From Pseudogymnoascus verrucosus (taxonomy: Eukaryota), in NCBI GenBank assembly GCA_001662655.1, contig KV460212.1: a stretch of DNA of 64,000 nucleotides. One strand, given 5' to 3'. The notes beneath the pieces are model-generated. The model had not been told where the DNA came from. It worked only from the letters and a program-made list of their open reading frames with translations, and searched no databases. Both the position numbers and the translations under genes were made by a program. Shown here one piece after another: positions 35,603 through 46,625 of the stretch (its first letter is position 1; every line of letters starts with the position of its first letter).

Positions 35603-37326
35603 CTAGTAAACGTATCTGAACGACAAATTCTCCTTGTCCGTCTTGCTCCCCCATTCCTGCCTCCCCTCTTCGGTCGCAGGGCGTGGTCCCAAAGCAGCTT
35701 CTACTCTATCCTTCTTTTTGTTGGCCCAATAATAGTACCCAAACAGCAGTGTCGCAAAGACCGCGCCCCCACCCTGGGTAGCCAGTATCGCAATTTTTGC
35801 TGGCTTATACTCCGGTTTATCTCTATCCTGGAATGTCTGGGGGCCAATTATACTTCCAATTGCAAACGCCCCTGATACAAATGCAGAAGCAAGGACTCGC
35901 TTTGTCTGCCCAACACAGTTTGACATTGCCCACTGGAAAGTCAGCATCAGCGTTGGAATAATGGCATAGACGAGGTGGGTGCCGATGATGATAGCAGCCG
36001 GTTTGCTGAGAGGCGCGAAAGACATCAAGGCGCCGCCGATCATGCCTGGAATGCAGAATGCGGCTATCCAGGCCCAGCGGCGGTTAGAGCTGTAGCGAAC
36101 CCCAAAGCCTGCGATGAGCGAACTGATGATGGTGACGAGGCCACTCGGGGCGGTGAGGAGGGCTGCTTTTGGGGAGGAGAAACCAAGATTCGCGATCACA
36201 ATGGAGGAGTAGGAGGAAATAACGCCGCTGGAGCATGTTACCTGGAGATCAAGGTTAGTTGCGAACTGTGTGTAATGGTGAGTACATACCGAGATAGTCA
36301 TTAACACCAACAACCATATCTGGATATCGAGGACGAGCTCCTTCAATTGACTCCACTTGAAGTGGCGGTTCTCAATGCCAGTTTGGTTGACTGCGATGTG
36401 ATTGAGTAGAGCAACCTTCTCGGAATCGGTGAGAAATTTCGCCGTCATAGGTGATTTGGGCAGGATAATGAAGCCTGCAACTCCTACGAAGGACGTGAGA
36501 AGCCCGAGGCTCAAATACATAATCCTCCATGATGATATCGAAGTTGTACCATGGACGTGTTGGAATCCATAAGAGATGAAGGCACCTGATATCTGGGCCA
36601 GCCCTGCACCGCAGAACCAGAAGCTATACCGCGATGCTTGTTCCTGCGAAGTGTACCATTGGCTGCTTATTAACATCATACAAGGCGAGACGGGCGATTC
36701 AAAAAGTCCGGCAAAGATGCGAGTTACCAAGAGGGAGTGATAGTTGAATGTTGCCGCAGTACAGGCTGTCGCAATGCCCCATAGGATGGCAAGGATACAC
36801 AGCCATTTTGTCACAGTGACCTTTTGGAGTATATACCCTGTATCAAGTTCAGAACTTGAGTCTCATAAAATTGAGGGGGGGGGGGACTAACCGTTAGGAA
36901 CCATCGCAATCAAATAGGATATGTAGAATACAGAAGACGCATTTGAGAAGTCATTCTTAACAAGGTGAAGTTCTTCCCGAATACCCATAACACCTGAATA
37001 CTGTCATCAAGAACATAATTCAGCTGCGGTGGTTTCTAATGCTCAGGGGATATGCTTACGTTGATGAGAACCTTGTCAAGGAACTGCAACCCATAGCAAG
37101 CGCTCATAATTGGGAGGATCCGCCAATCGATTTTTCGTCGCAAAGCTTTAAGGTCCACATTGTGATCAAGGTGGCTCTGGTCCTGACCAGTGAGGTAGAT
37201 GAACGCCCTATCGACATCTTTGCTATCAATGCTCTCAGTGGCGATAGTCGGTGTGGCGCCAAGCCGCTCATCTTCTATAGCTAAAGCTCCAGCTGTTGAC
37301 TTCTCGTCTTCCAGTGAGGTTCCCAT
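35603..37326 (-). CDS. MFS transporter, anion:cation symporter/allantoate permease (Dal5-like) family, multi-exon
   Basis: LRRKIDWRILP...LQFLDK; RIFAGLFES; QWYTSQEQASR; SWRIMYL; FLTDSEK; GQTKR; IIGPQTF; DKENLSFRYVY C-terminus. Confidence 0.92.
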
Positions 37327-39016
37327 CGTCACAGTTAAAAGCTTCTAAGCACGTAAAACGTGGTCGGAATATGGATGATAATGACCTTGGGGTAATCTTG
37401 ACTGACAGGAATGGGCATAAGCTGGCAGTTAAGTAGTTTCTTCAGGCTGTCCCCTTAGATAACATTGTGCTGGAATATATTGCAACATCCTTCTTAGACA
37501 CGTATGGACGCGAGGGCATATTTCTCAACTGCATGGTATGTTGTACACGTACCAGTGCCAAGGAATTTATTTCCAGACATTTATACTCTTTGGGAAGTTT
37601 CGTGAAACCTCAGAACAGACCAATGACATAAACATTGTCACGGTATACCCAACATGATGCACCCCTTGGGTTTAGTTTGCCGATGCAATAGCTTCGAGTC
37701 GATCTCTGGAGGTGGCGTTGTTCGCTAACCCTTACTTTATATTAGCATCCTTACTCAACGTACATTCATCCGATGTCCTGAAATTATTTGAACTATGCGA
37801 GGTGAATGGTTCAAGGTTCAATTTAACAGAATTTAAACCCTAGTGTTTCAAGCAACGTTGTACATGAAATATTATTATATTCATTTTTGATGTTAGGACT
37901 CTGATCCGATTTGATTGCACAAGATTACAGGCGGCCTTTATGTCTGTAGCAGGAAGTTTTATGAAACCTGTATACATAGGAGCAACGAGTGTTTACACGA
38001 CGTCAACTATACTACGCATATGTACATGCGGTGCTACACACCAAGTAAGATATTCACCTTCTTGATAGAGAAGACTTTGATATCCGCCATGGGCAACCCA
38101 CATAGAATCAAGTGCATTCCAGTGTTGATGCCACAGGCCGAAATCCTACAAACAGCGGTATCATGGCTGACTTAGTTACGGAAAATTAAAAGATATTGTC
38201 TTAGGGGTGGATTACTGCAGCCTCCCTACAGTCCCTGCCTTGGCGTTTTTTGTTGTGATCCCTTTATGTTCCACCAAGGAAACCATTATCCCTGTGATTC
38301 GAAAACGATGGATATTCATAGTGACTCTAAATACGGCAGTTCTTATCAAAGAACCATATCTATGTTTCGGCTAATCCAAAGTGTAATCGAACTCAAAATC
38401 ATATTCTCGGCGTGAAATATAAACTCAAAGGCAGCCCAGCGCGACTCCATTGTATACCGAGTCTTTGTGCCACAAAGCCCTCCGTCTATGATCACCACGC
38501 TCCAGGTGACGGATCGAACCAGACCAAAAAAATAATAGAAAATAAAGAAAAATTTGATTGGGTCCAGATTCGAACTGGAATCTCTCACCGTTCCCCAACC
38601 GCTCTTGGTATCCAAGGAAGAGATGCAGGGGTTAGCCCAAAATCGCCTTGAATGGCCCAAAATCGATTGCTTACGGAGGCGGACATCTTACCATTAGACC
38701 ATCCAACCTTTTAATTTAAAGATTGGACGCATATACTGCCGTTTGAGGTATCTATGTAGTTCATAGTTCCCATGCAAATATATCTAAACCTGCCCTGGAG
38801 GATGGGATACTCCTTCCACATACCTCGAATGCCATGTGCCATGCCAACTGTCTACCGAGCTATAATATATCCACAAGAAGGATCACTCTTTTATTGCACA
38901 GCGTCTCATCTGTGCAACTTGTTCAAATGGACTCTCATTGTTTGCTATACACTCCATTGATACGACAGGCTTAGCGCGTGGAATAAATCGCTGGCAGATA
39001 GACAACACCTTCCTAT

Positions 39017-40552
39017 TTATACATTTGCTCTCTTCCTCACGCCAGTAATACACTCCAATGGCTTCCTCAAGAATCCTTCTCTTGTCTCCAGCACATCCTG
39101 GTACAGCTCAAACTCGTACCTTCTGAACACCGTCGCCACAATCAACGCCAACTCCATCTCCGCCACATTCCTGCCCACACAGCTCCGAGGTCCATAACTG
39201 AACGGAATAAATGCACCCTTCTGTCTATCAGTCACCTTCTCCCAACGCTCAGGTCTGAACTCATCCGCGTCTGGGCCCCAAATCTCCGTGGAATGATGCA
39301 CAGTGTACGCCGGAACACTGACGACGCTGCCGGCAGGGAAATGCTGATCCAATATGCGGACCCCCGGTCCAGGAGGCACAACACGAGGGAGTCCAAGTGA
39401 TGACGTTGAGTGGATTCGGAGAGTCTCGTTGATAACGCACTGCATATACTTGAGGTCACGGACTTGCATATACTGTGGCACGACAGTGCCCACAGGGAGA
39501 GCGGCGTCAAGCTCGGCTTGCAGCTTTTGGAGAACACCTGGTGTCTTGAGGACCCAGTAGAGGAGTGCGCAGGAAGTGTTGCTAGTGGTATCGCTGCCAG
39601 CGATCAGCTGGGTGAGGGCTTCTGCGGTTAATTCTGAACGGCCAAGTTTGGCACCAGTCTCGTCTTTACCCTCCATCAGGCGGGCAAGAAGATCAACACG
39701 ATCATCACCTTTGGGTCCTGCATCGAGGCGTGCTGAGACTCGGGCGACTGCCATTCCTGCAAGGTTCTGAACAGCTTCGACACCTTGGAAGAAGAATGGG
39801 TCGGGGAGATATTTGGCGAATGGCTTGATGGCTGGTAGGCATCCGATGGTTCCGCTTACTTCGCCGCGACGGTTGAGGACTTCGACAGCGGGGGCGTAGG
39901 TGACTGGAGAATCTGGAGTTTTTCGGATCTCGACGATATCTTTCCCCTTTTCGACCATGCCGAAGGGTTGTCCGAAGGCGAGATCGCCGATGATATCGAA
40001 TGCAAGGAAGTTGAACCAGTGTAGGGAATCTAGCTTGTAGAACCCTCCATGCGAGAGTTCGGAGAATCTGTCCCACTGCTTCGTGAACGCAGACAGGTTT
40101 GATGTCATGTACTCCTCGAACTGGGAGATGGATTTCGTGGAGAAGGTGTGAGCAATAGTCTTGCGCTTCCGGGTGTGCTCGGCTCGGTCGCGGGTGTTGA
40201 ATAGACCACGCTGGATGGACACAAAGGCATCGTAGTAGTCAGATTTCAAGAAGCCATTGCCATGGCCGTAGACAGATTGGATGGCGGAGTCGTCGGCGAT
40301 GGAGACGTGATTAGGGGCGATACGGACAAGTTTTCCGTACTTCTTGTGGGCGGCATGGACAGATAAAAAGCGCTTTCCTTGCCTAGCTTGGATGAGCAGC
40401 CAGACATTGGAAAAGCTTGCAAAACTAGGGGACGGGATACCACGCAGGTATCCGTAGGTGGTGAAGTATGGAATCAAGAAATAAAGACCGAGAAGGGCGA
40501 TTGGTGTCCAAGGAGTGACGAGAAAATCCAAGATGGATCGTGAGACAGACAT
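39017..40552 (-). CDS. CYP53: Cytochrome P450, CYP53 family (benzoate 4-monooxygenase)
   Basis: YGHGNGFLKSDYYDAFVSIQRGLFNTRDRAEHTRKRK; LIAGSDTTSNT; ETLRIHSTSSLGLPR; FRPERW; FSYGPRSCVG heme motif. Intronless 511-aa ORF. Confidence 0.93.
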   Translation of the reverse strand: MSVSRSILDFLVTPWTPIALLGLYFLIPYFTTYGYLRGIPSPSFASFSNVWLLIQARQGKRFLSVHAAHKKYGKLVRIAPNHVSIADDSAIQSVYGHGNGFLKSDYYDAFVSIQRGLFNTRDRAEHTRKRKTIAHTFSTKSISQFEEYMTSNLSAFTKQWDRFSELSHGGFYKLDSLHWFNFLAFDIIGDLAFGQPFGMVEKGKDIVEIRKTPDSPVTYAPAVEVLNRRGEVSGTIGCLPAIKPFAKYLPDPFFFQGVEAVQNLAGMAVARVSARLDAGPKGDDRVDLLARLMEGKDETGAKLGRSELTAEALTQLIAGSDTTSNTSCALLYWVLKTPGVLQKLQAELDAALPVGTVVPQYMQVRDLKYMQCVINETLRIHSTSSLGLPRVVPPGPGVRILDQHFPAGSVVSVPAYTVHHSTEIWGPDADEFRPERWEKVTDRQKGAFIPFSYGPRSCVGRNVAEMELALIVATVFRRYEFELYQDVLETREGFLRKPLECITGVRKRANV

Positions 40553-41308
40553 TTTTCAACAGATCAATTGTATAATTTGACAATTGTTATGAAATATGCG
40601 ACTTACGGGTATACAGGAAACCCCGTGGGGAGAATCTGGGGTTGTTCATATAGTTAAGTTATAGAGAGACTTTTCATCCAAGAGATCGGGTCGCGAACCG
40701 GAACTTGTGGATTTCCAACCTAGCGGCATAACCCCGCACAACCCCGCGCTCCAACCAAAGATGAGACTAAACTATATCAGGCCAGGCTAGACCAATGGAT
40801 GTGCGACTTCAACTCCCTTCTTTCGTTGCCGGCGCTATGTGGGCGTATTATTTCGGCTCCCTGGTATTTAGTCTCCGGACATTCTGAGGTCGGATATACT
40901 TCACGGCAATAGTTCATGGGCCATGGTGTCATTACACCGTAGGGACCGGACGGAAAACGGCATCAAGGCTATGTGCTGTCACATGGGGATGGTTGGAGAT
41001 TCTGATACTTGTTTTTAAGACGTGGGTTTGGAACTCCGTAAATAGATAGCCCTGTAAGAAGAGATGTGCTACTTGCACCTTACCATACAGTCAGCCCAGG
41101 ACGCACGGCGATGAGCGTATCGACCACGGACGAGCAAGATATAATGCTGTATTTTAAATGACAAACCCATTGTTCATTGTCCATTCTATCTTCAGTGTGT
41201 CAAACTGGTGGTATCTATGCGCCAAATACATGTTAAACTCCAAAATATCAACCAACCGCGTAAGCCCTATTTTACACTTTCCCTTTTCACTTACGTCCTA
41301 ATTCCACA

Positions 41309-43087
41309 CTATCTCCTCGCCTTTTTCTTATCCGGCTCTTCCGCCTCATCATCACTCAATTCAGCATACATAGTGTTTGGTTGCGTTTGCTTCCACGCGT
41401 TCGTAAATAACGGGTCCTTCTCGGCGAGTTCGGCGTATTTCAGCAATGCCTCTCTCGGGTCCTCATCTCTCATACTGCTTAGTGGGATAGTCGAATTGAT
41501 ATGAGCTTCGTCTGGCTGACTCTTCATAAACGGCGTAACAGCAGGCTTCATCGGTCGTCGAGGGTCCCTGCTCTTGCCGCTCGCTGTCAAGCCAATGGTG
41601 GGATGGCGCGCAGCGAACGAGGACGCTGCTGGTCCGCTCTGAAGGATTCCACTAGGGCTAATGATGGTATCGCCTGAAATGCCAGCGGACTGATCTGTGG
41701 TGAAGTTGGGGTCATCATCGACATGGCGCTTTTTGGGAGCCCGTGACATGACATCTTTCGCACCGCGGAAAGATGTATTGGGGTTGTAGAGGACATGCAC
41801 TTCGGCATTGGCTGAGGAGGTAATGATCTGGTTCAGCTTCTCGTGCCATAGAGCGGAGATGAGACAGGAGCCGGGAGTGACGGGTGTGACGAGTTCTGGT
41901 TTGAGATTTCCGGAATTCAGGATATGGAGGTGGCCAGAGCTAGAGCCAGTGATGATGTTGGCGCCATTGGGTGAGTATTTGATGGTCGATAGAGAGTATA
42001 TATCCGAAGTTGACGGGTGAGCGACTTCTAACACTGGAGTCTTGAATTTCCTAGTGTCCCATAGCTTGATCAAGTCATCACCGCCTCGCGTGACAACCAT
42101 ACGCCCGTCTGGGCTAATATCGACGCCTCCCGTTCTAGTATTGGGCTTATGGGCGCCACGGATCTCCCCGGCCGGCCGCGCATGAGGTCCATTGCCACTC
42201 CACATTACTAGACTCCCATCCAGAGCTGTTGCCACCAGTATATTGTTTCCGCCTTGCTTGGGGCTTCCCCAAACGACACCCGTCATTTTGGTCCTTCCTC
42301 CAGACCCAGCCGTTCGATCTTTGTGAACCAGAACCTCTTTATGTGCCCTCTTATGATTTATATCCCATATGCGAATCGTGCTATCCGTCCCTGCCGTGGC
42401 AATAATATTAGGGTCGGTAGGACTCCAAGTGCCAGTAGTGATCGATGAGACATGGCCTTTCGTGTTGTTCATGTCTCTGATGTACATATCGCCCTTCACA
42501 AACTCTGCCAATACCTCGCCATCTCTGCTTAAGATTTTCGCTTGAGGATGCTCTGATATGCAAAGGAATTGGCTGCCAGAGTGAGGGCTGAACTCGATAT
42601 GGTTGATGGGGTGGGATTCGGTGTTATCTGACGGTTTCCCAGCGCTGGGATCCACGCTCTTAAATGCCCGGAGAGTTGTAGGGGTCATTGCCGCAAAATC
42701 GTGAAGTTTTACTGTGCAGTCGGTAGACCCGCTGACGAAACGAGAGCCAGACGGATCGAGGGATATGGTAGTAACGGCGCGGTCGTGAGTCTTGAGCACC
42801 AGCTCGTGGGAGACTGGGAACTCGTCGTCGTCATCCTCATCGTCTTCTGAGCCGGAGTCATCGTCCGAGCTATCCTGTTTCGCAGCTGGCTCTTGCTTCT
42901 TGTACTTGCTGTCTTCGATTTGACCTGCTGGCCTTGTTGGTTCGACCTTTCTTTTTGTCCTGTCGATTTGCGCCGCAACGTCTGCTTCCTTGGTTTTCTT
43001 TCCAAAAGAGGTTGGAAGAAAGGCCCGCATGGGGTCATCAGCCGCCAAGTTTGGGCCCTCCACCTCATATTCATCGCTGTCACTCAT
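41309..43087 (-). CDS. WDR70: WD40-repeat protein WDR70/GAD-1 homologue
   Basis: LPTSFGK; FPVSHELVLKTH; VKGDMYIRDMNNTKGHV; RGGDDLIKLWDTRKFK; EDPREALLKYA...P.FTNAWKQTQP. Start taken as ATG 43087. Confidence 0.9.
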   Translation of the reverse strand: MSDSDEYEVEGPNLAADDPMRAFLPTSFGKKTKEADVAAQIDRTKRKVEPTRPAGQIEDSKYKKQEPAAKQDSSDDDSGSEDDEDDDDEFPVSHELVLKTHDRAVTTISLDPSGSRFVSGSTDCTVKLHDFAAMTPTTLRAFKSVDPSAGKPSDNTESHPINHIEFSPHSGSQFLCISEHPQAKILSRDGEVLAEFVKGDMYIRDMNNTKGHVSSITTGTWSPTDPNIIATAGTDSTIRIWDINHKRAHKEVLVHKDRTAGSGGRTKMTGVVWGSPKQGGNNILVATALDGSLVMWSGNGPHARPAGEIRGAHKPNTRTGGVDISPDGRMVVTRGGDDLIKLWDTRKFKTPVLEVAHPSTSDIYSLSTIKYSPNGANIITGSSSGHLHILNSGNLKPELVTPVTPGSCLISALWHEKLNQIITSSANAEVHVLYNPNTSFRGAKDVMSRAPKKRHVDDDPNFTTDQSAGISGDTIISPSGILQSGPAASSFAARHPTIGLTASGKSRDPRRPMKPAVTPFMKSQPDEAHINSTIPLSSMRDEDPREALLKYAELAEKDPLFTNAWKQTQPNTMYAELSDDEAEEPDKKKARR

Positions 43088-43411
43088 TTTGTCGATTTGG
43101 TACAAAGCCTGGCGGGATTTTGTCGCGACGCGGGTTGATGGGGCAATATAATTCCACGCGGCGATTAGCGCAGCGATGACGAGGGACGGACGGAACGACG
43201 GGCGGTGCTAGTCTTCCGTGCTACCCATCCCAACTTAGGCAGCTTCCTCTACAACTGATGTTACAGATTCATCGTCGGATTCATGTACTCATCGCAATGA
43301 CTTATAATCGATCATTTTCAATCGTTCCGATGATTTAGAACACCCATGCGCTTGACCTCGAAACCTCTGGCCAATACGTCTTAGAGGCGGATCCTTCGGG
43401 ACAAGCCCGCG

Positions 43412-45454
43412 ATGTTCATTTCCAATCCAGATGTCGCAGCCATCACCGCCACTGTTACTCCGTTCTTGAATCAAGATGCTGTCCTACATCACATCGCATC
43501 CAGGAGTTTCTTCTCGGATGACGAGGGCGGTACTCCGATCCAGCGCTGGTCGTCTCTGATCGGGATTATCAGTTCGATTGTGGGGAATATACTTATCAGC
43601 TTCGCCCTCAATATCCAAAGATACGCGCACATACGAATACACAAGGAGGCGGAAGAGAAGAAGCGTCAGCACAGACAGGTTAGCGATCGTTATGGAACAG
43701 CAGATGGTTCCTGGGCAGGTCACAATGGACATGAAGAGACGGAACGACTGAGAAGCTCATTCGACTCCGCAAAGCCAGGGTCCGAGTCTGGCGGCGATAG
43801 TAACGACAATGTCGAGCAGCAATCATATTTGAAGTCGCCATACTGGTGGGTTGGGATTGTACTTATGACAATTGGAGAAACCGGAAATTTCTTGGCTTAT
43901 GGATTTGCACCGGCTTCTATCGTGTCGCCGCTCGGGGTGGTTGGGCTCATCTCGAACTGCGTTATTGCACCTATATTGCTCAAGGAAGAATTCAGGCTCC
44001 GGGACTTCTGGGGAGTCGTGGTTTCTGTACTTGGAGCAGTTACGGTTGTTCTTAGCGCCGAACAAGAAGAGAAGAAACTTGGTCCTCACGAGGTTATCGG
44101 TGCTATCACGACGATGGAGTTTGAAATATATATGGCTGTGACTATCGGAGTCATGTTCATCCTGGCATGGGCATCACCAAAATACGGAAGCAAAACTATC
44201 CTGATTGATCTCGGGCTCGTCGCCTTGTTTGGCGCATACACGGTACTATCGACAAAGGGTGTTTCCTCCATGCTCTCGACCTCATTCTGGGATGCATTCA
44301 CCAACCCAATTACATACGCCCTAGCCGTTGTATTGATTGGCACAGCGGTGATGCAAGTCAAATATATTAACCGCGCTCTTCAACGCTTCGACTCTACTCA
44401 AGTCATTCCAGTCCAATTTGTGTTGTTTACAATTTCGGTGATCATGGGCTCAGCAGTTCTGTACCGAGATTTTGAATCCACCAGCCCTGGACGGGCTGTA
44501 AAATTTGTTGGAGGCTGCCTCCTAACCTTCTTTGGAGTTTTTCTCATAACTTCTGGAAGAGTCATCCACGACGACTTGAGTTCCGACCTCGATTCAGAGG
44601 ATGAGGCAGAGAGCATCTCCCTTACCAACCACGACGATCGACGGGCTAGCTATTATAGCGATAGGAATACCCAAAGGGCGTCATTGAGTCGGGCGCGCCC
44701 ATCTCATGAACTTCTCATCAACGACGAGGCTGCTGAATCTGACGATGGTTTCCCCGCGGACGATATTTCGCGGCGTTCCTCTCGCATCTCTTACGCACAC
44801 CGCCCTCGTCCAATAAGCTCTACTTCTCAGACCCTAGTGCCCGGCTCAGCGCCTGCTTCACATCCGCTGGACAGCGCTTCCCTCGCCGCTCTTCCGTCTA
44901 CCTCTGAAGCTCCCCCCGACAGGCCCGTGCGCCCCGCAATTACGCGGCTCATATCGCAAAATGAATTTGGACAGCCACAGTCTGATACTGCGGTCCTGCG
45001 GCCCATGACTCCTGCACGTCACTCGACTGGCAAGCCTATGACCCCAGGACCGTTCATCTCTCCCCTCTCGTCTTCGGTCGTGGCAGATACGGTTCGCCGC
45101 AGTACCGATATGTACGGCAGTAGGCGCCGGCCACGCCTTGACCTCCACCAGACGCGGAGTAGAGAACGGCGGGATAGCATGGAGGGGTTGTTGACCAGCG
45201 AACAGAATAGCCCGACGAAGGCTTCACGGATGATAGATCGCCACTCGTATGCTGAGGATGGGGACTTTGGTAATGGCAGGAGAAGCCTGGAAATACCTTT
45301 CGAAGAGAGTGGTGGAAGTGGGAGGAGGAGGGCGCAGAGCTTAGGGCAGAGATTGGGTGGATTCTTGCGCAGTCTGGGAGGAACAGCACCCACCACGCCT
45401 GAAGGAGAACAGGAGGCTGAAGACCTCGAACGATTGGCTCGCGAGCAAGATTAA
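43412..45454 (+). CDS. NIPA-type magnesium transporter (DUF803) membrane protein
   Basis: GNILISFALNIQRYAH; YLKSPYWWVG; GETGNFLAYGFAPASIVSPLG; YTVLSTKG; YINRALQRFDSTQVIPVQFV; long disordered C-tail. Confidence 0.92.
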   Translation: MFISNPDVAAITATVTPFLNQDAVLHHIASRSFFSDDEGGTPIQRWSSLIGIISSIVGNILISFALNIQRYAHIRIHKEAEEKKRQHRQVSDRYGTADGSWAGHNGHEETERLRSSFDSAKPGSESGGDSNDNVEQQSYLKSPYWWVGIVLMTIGETGNFLAYGFAPASIVSPLGVVGLISNCVIAPILLKEEFRLRDFWGVVVSVLGAVTVVLSAEQEEKKLGPHEVIGAITTMEFEIYMAVTIGVMFILAWASPKYGSKTILIDLGLVALFGAYTVLSTKGVSSMLSTSFWDAFTNPITYALAVVLIGTAVMQVKYINRALQRFDSTQVIPVQFVLFTISVIMGSAVLYRDFESTSPGRAVKFVGGCLLTFFGVFLITSGRVIHDDLSSDLDSEDEAESISLTNHDDRRASYYSDRNTQRASLSRARPSHELLINDEAAESDDGFPADDISRRSSRISYAHRPRPISSTSQTLVPGSAPASHPLDSASLAALPSTSEAPPDRPVRPAITRLISQNEFGQPQSDTAVLRPMTPARHSTGKPMTPGPFISPLSSSVVADTVRRSTDMYGSRRRPRLDLHQTRSRERRDSMEGLLTSEQNSPTKASRMIDRHSYAEDGDFGNGRRSLEIPFEESGGSGRRRAQSLGQRLGGFLRSLGGTAPTTPEGEQEAEDLERLAREQD

Positions 45455-46019
45455 AGCCCTCAAAAGTTGGTCTGGCCGCGCTGAGGCACGATGCGGCCTC
45501 TGTTACTTTTCAATGATGCGACATAGCGGGCGAATAGTATTTATTCGGCATTTTAGTCCTTGGTTTCCATTGGAGGAGTTTTGGTGTAAGATGATTTACG
45601 GAAGGGGTAGGATTTGCTTGAGCATGCGAAGTTGGGAACGGACGTGTTTAGCCAATTATATAGTACGAATAATGCAAACAAGGGGTTACATATTGGCCAC
45701 GTATTAACCAGCTTTTTAAAAACATATCTTCCCTATTGGCCTCCTAAATAACTGAAGTCGACTCATGGGGTAGATCGACAGGGGACAGCGAAGCCAGTTA
45801 TCACGTGATAGTGTACTGTTTGCTTTGAGTGCAAACAATGCCTGGAGTTGTAACTATTATCTGTCCTTGAAGTAATGAGACCACCGAATACACAGCTTCA
45901 GAATTCACAATACGCCCACAAAGTTACACCAAATAACCCGTCTATATTTATCTTACCGACTCCCCACTACACAAACCAGCTGGTGAAAGTCCACAGTCCA
46001 AACAATATCACTCAGCACA

Positions 46020-46625
46020 ATGGAAGACACCGAGTCCTTCACGCTCCTCCCCATCCACCTGGACCCCAAAAGCAAAGCCCTCTCCACGACCTCGAACTCC
46101 AAGCGCCTCCGCGACGAACTCGAATCCCTCAACGCCCTCCACACCGCCTTCCTCTCGCTCGAGACGCCCGCCCCGCTCCCCCCCGTCCCCGTCAACCCAA
46201 AGCGCAGCGCGCAGATCACCAAGCTCCGCGAGAGTGCCAATGCCGCATACCGCTCTGCGAACTACCCGTCCGCGATACAGCTGTACACTCTCGGGCTGGA
46301 TATGGCGCTGAAGCGCCCGGAGTGGGAGCCCTCGGGACTCGTGCGCGATGAGGTCGCGGGGCTGTTGGCGAATAGGGCACAGGCGCATATGGCGCTGCGC
46401 AGCTGGCCGGAGGGATGGAAAGATGCGGAGGCCAGTGTGGAGGCGAAGAAGGTGGGGAATGCTAAGGCATGGTGGAGAGGGGGGAGATGTCTGGCGGAGA
46501 TGAGCAGGTGGGAGGAGGCAAAGGAGTGGGTTGGAAGGGGGTTGGAGGTTGAGGGGAAGGAGGCGGAATTAGTTGGGCTGCTGAAGGAGATTGAGGGGAG
46601 GGTTGTGGGAACGGTGAAGCCATAG
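46020..46625 (+). CDS. SEC72: Translocation protein Sec72 (TPR subunit of the Sec63 complex)
   Basis: LNALH...PPVPVNPKRSAQITKLRESAN; ALKRPEWEP; LANRAQAHM; KAWWRGGRCL. Confidence 0.9.
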   Translation: MEDTESFTLLPIHLDPKSKALSTTSNSKRLRDELESLNALHTAFLSLETPAPLPPVPVNPKRSAQITKLRESANAAYRSANYPSAIQLYTLGLDMALKRPEWEPSGLVRDEVAGLLANRAQAHMALRSWPEGWKDAEASVEAKKVGNAKAWWRGGRCLAEMSRWEEAKEWVGRGLEVEGKEAELVGLLKEIEGRVVGTVKP

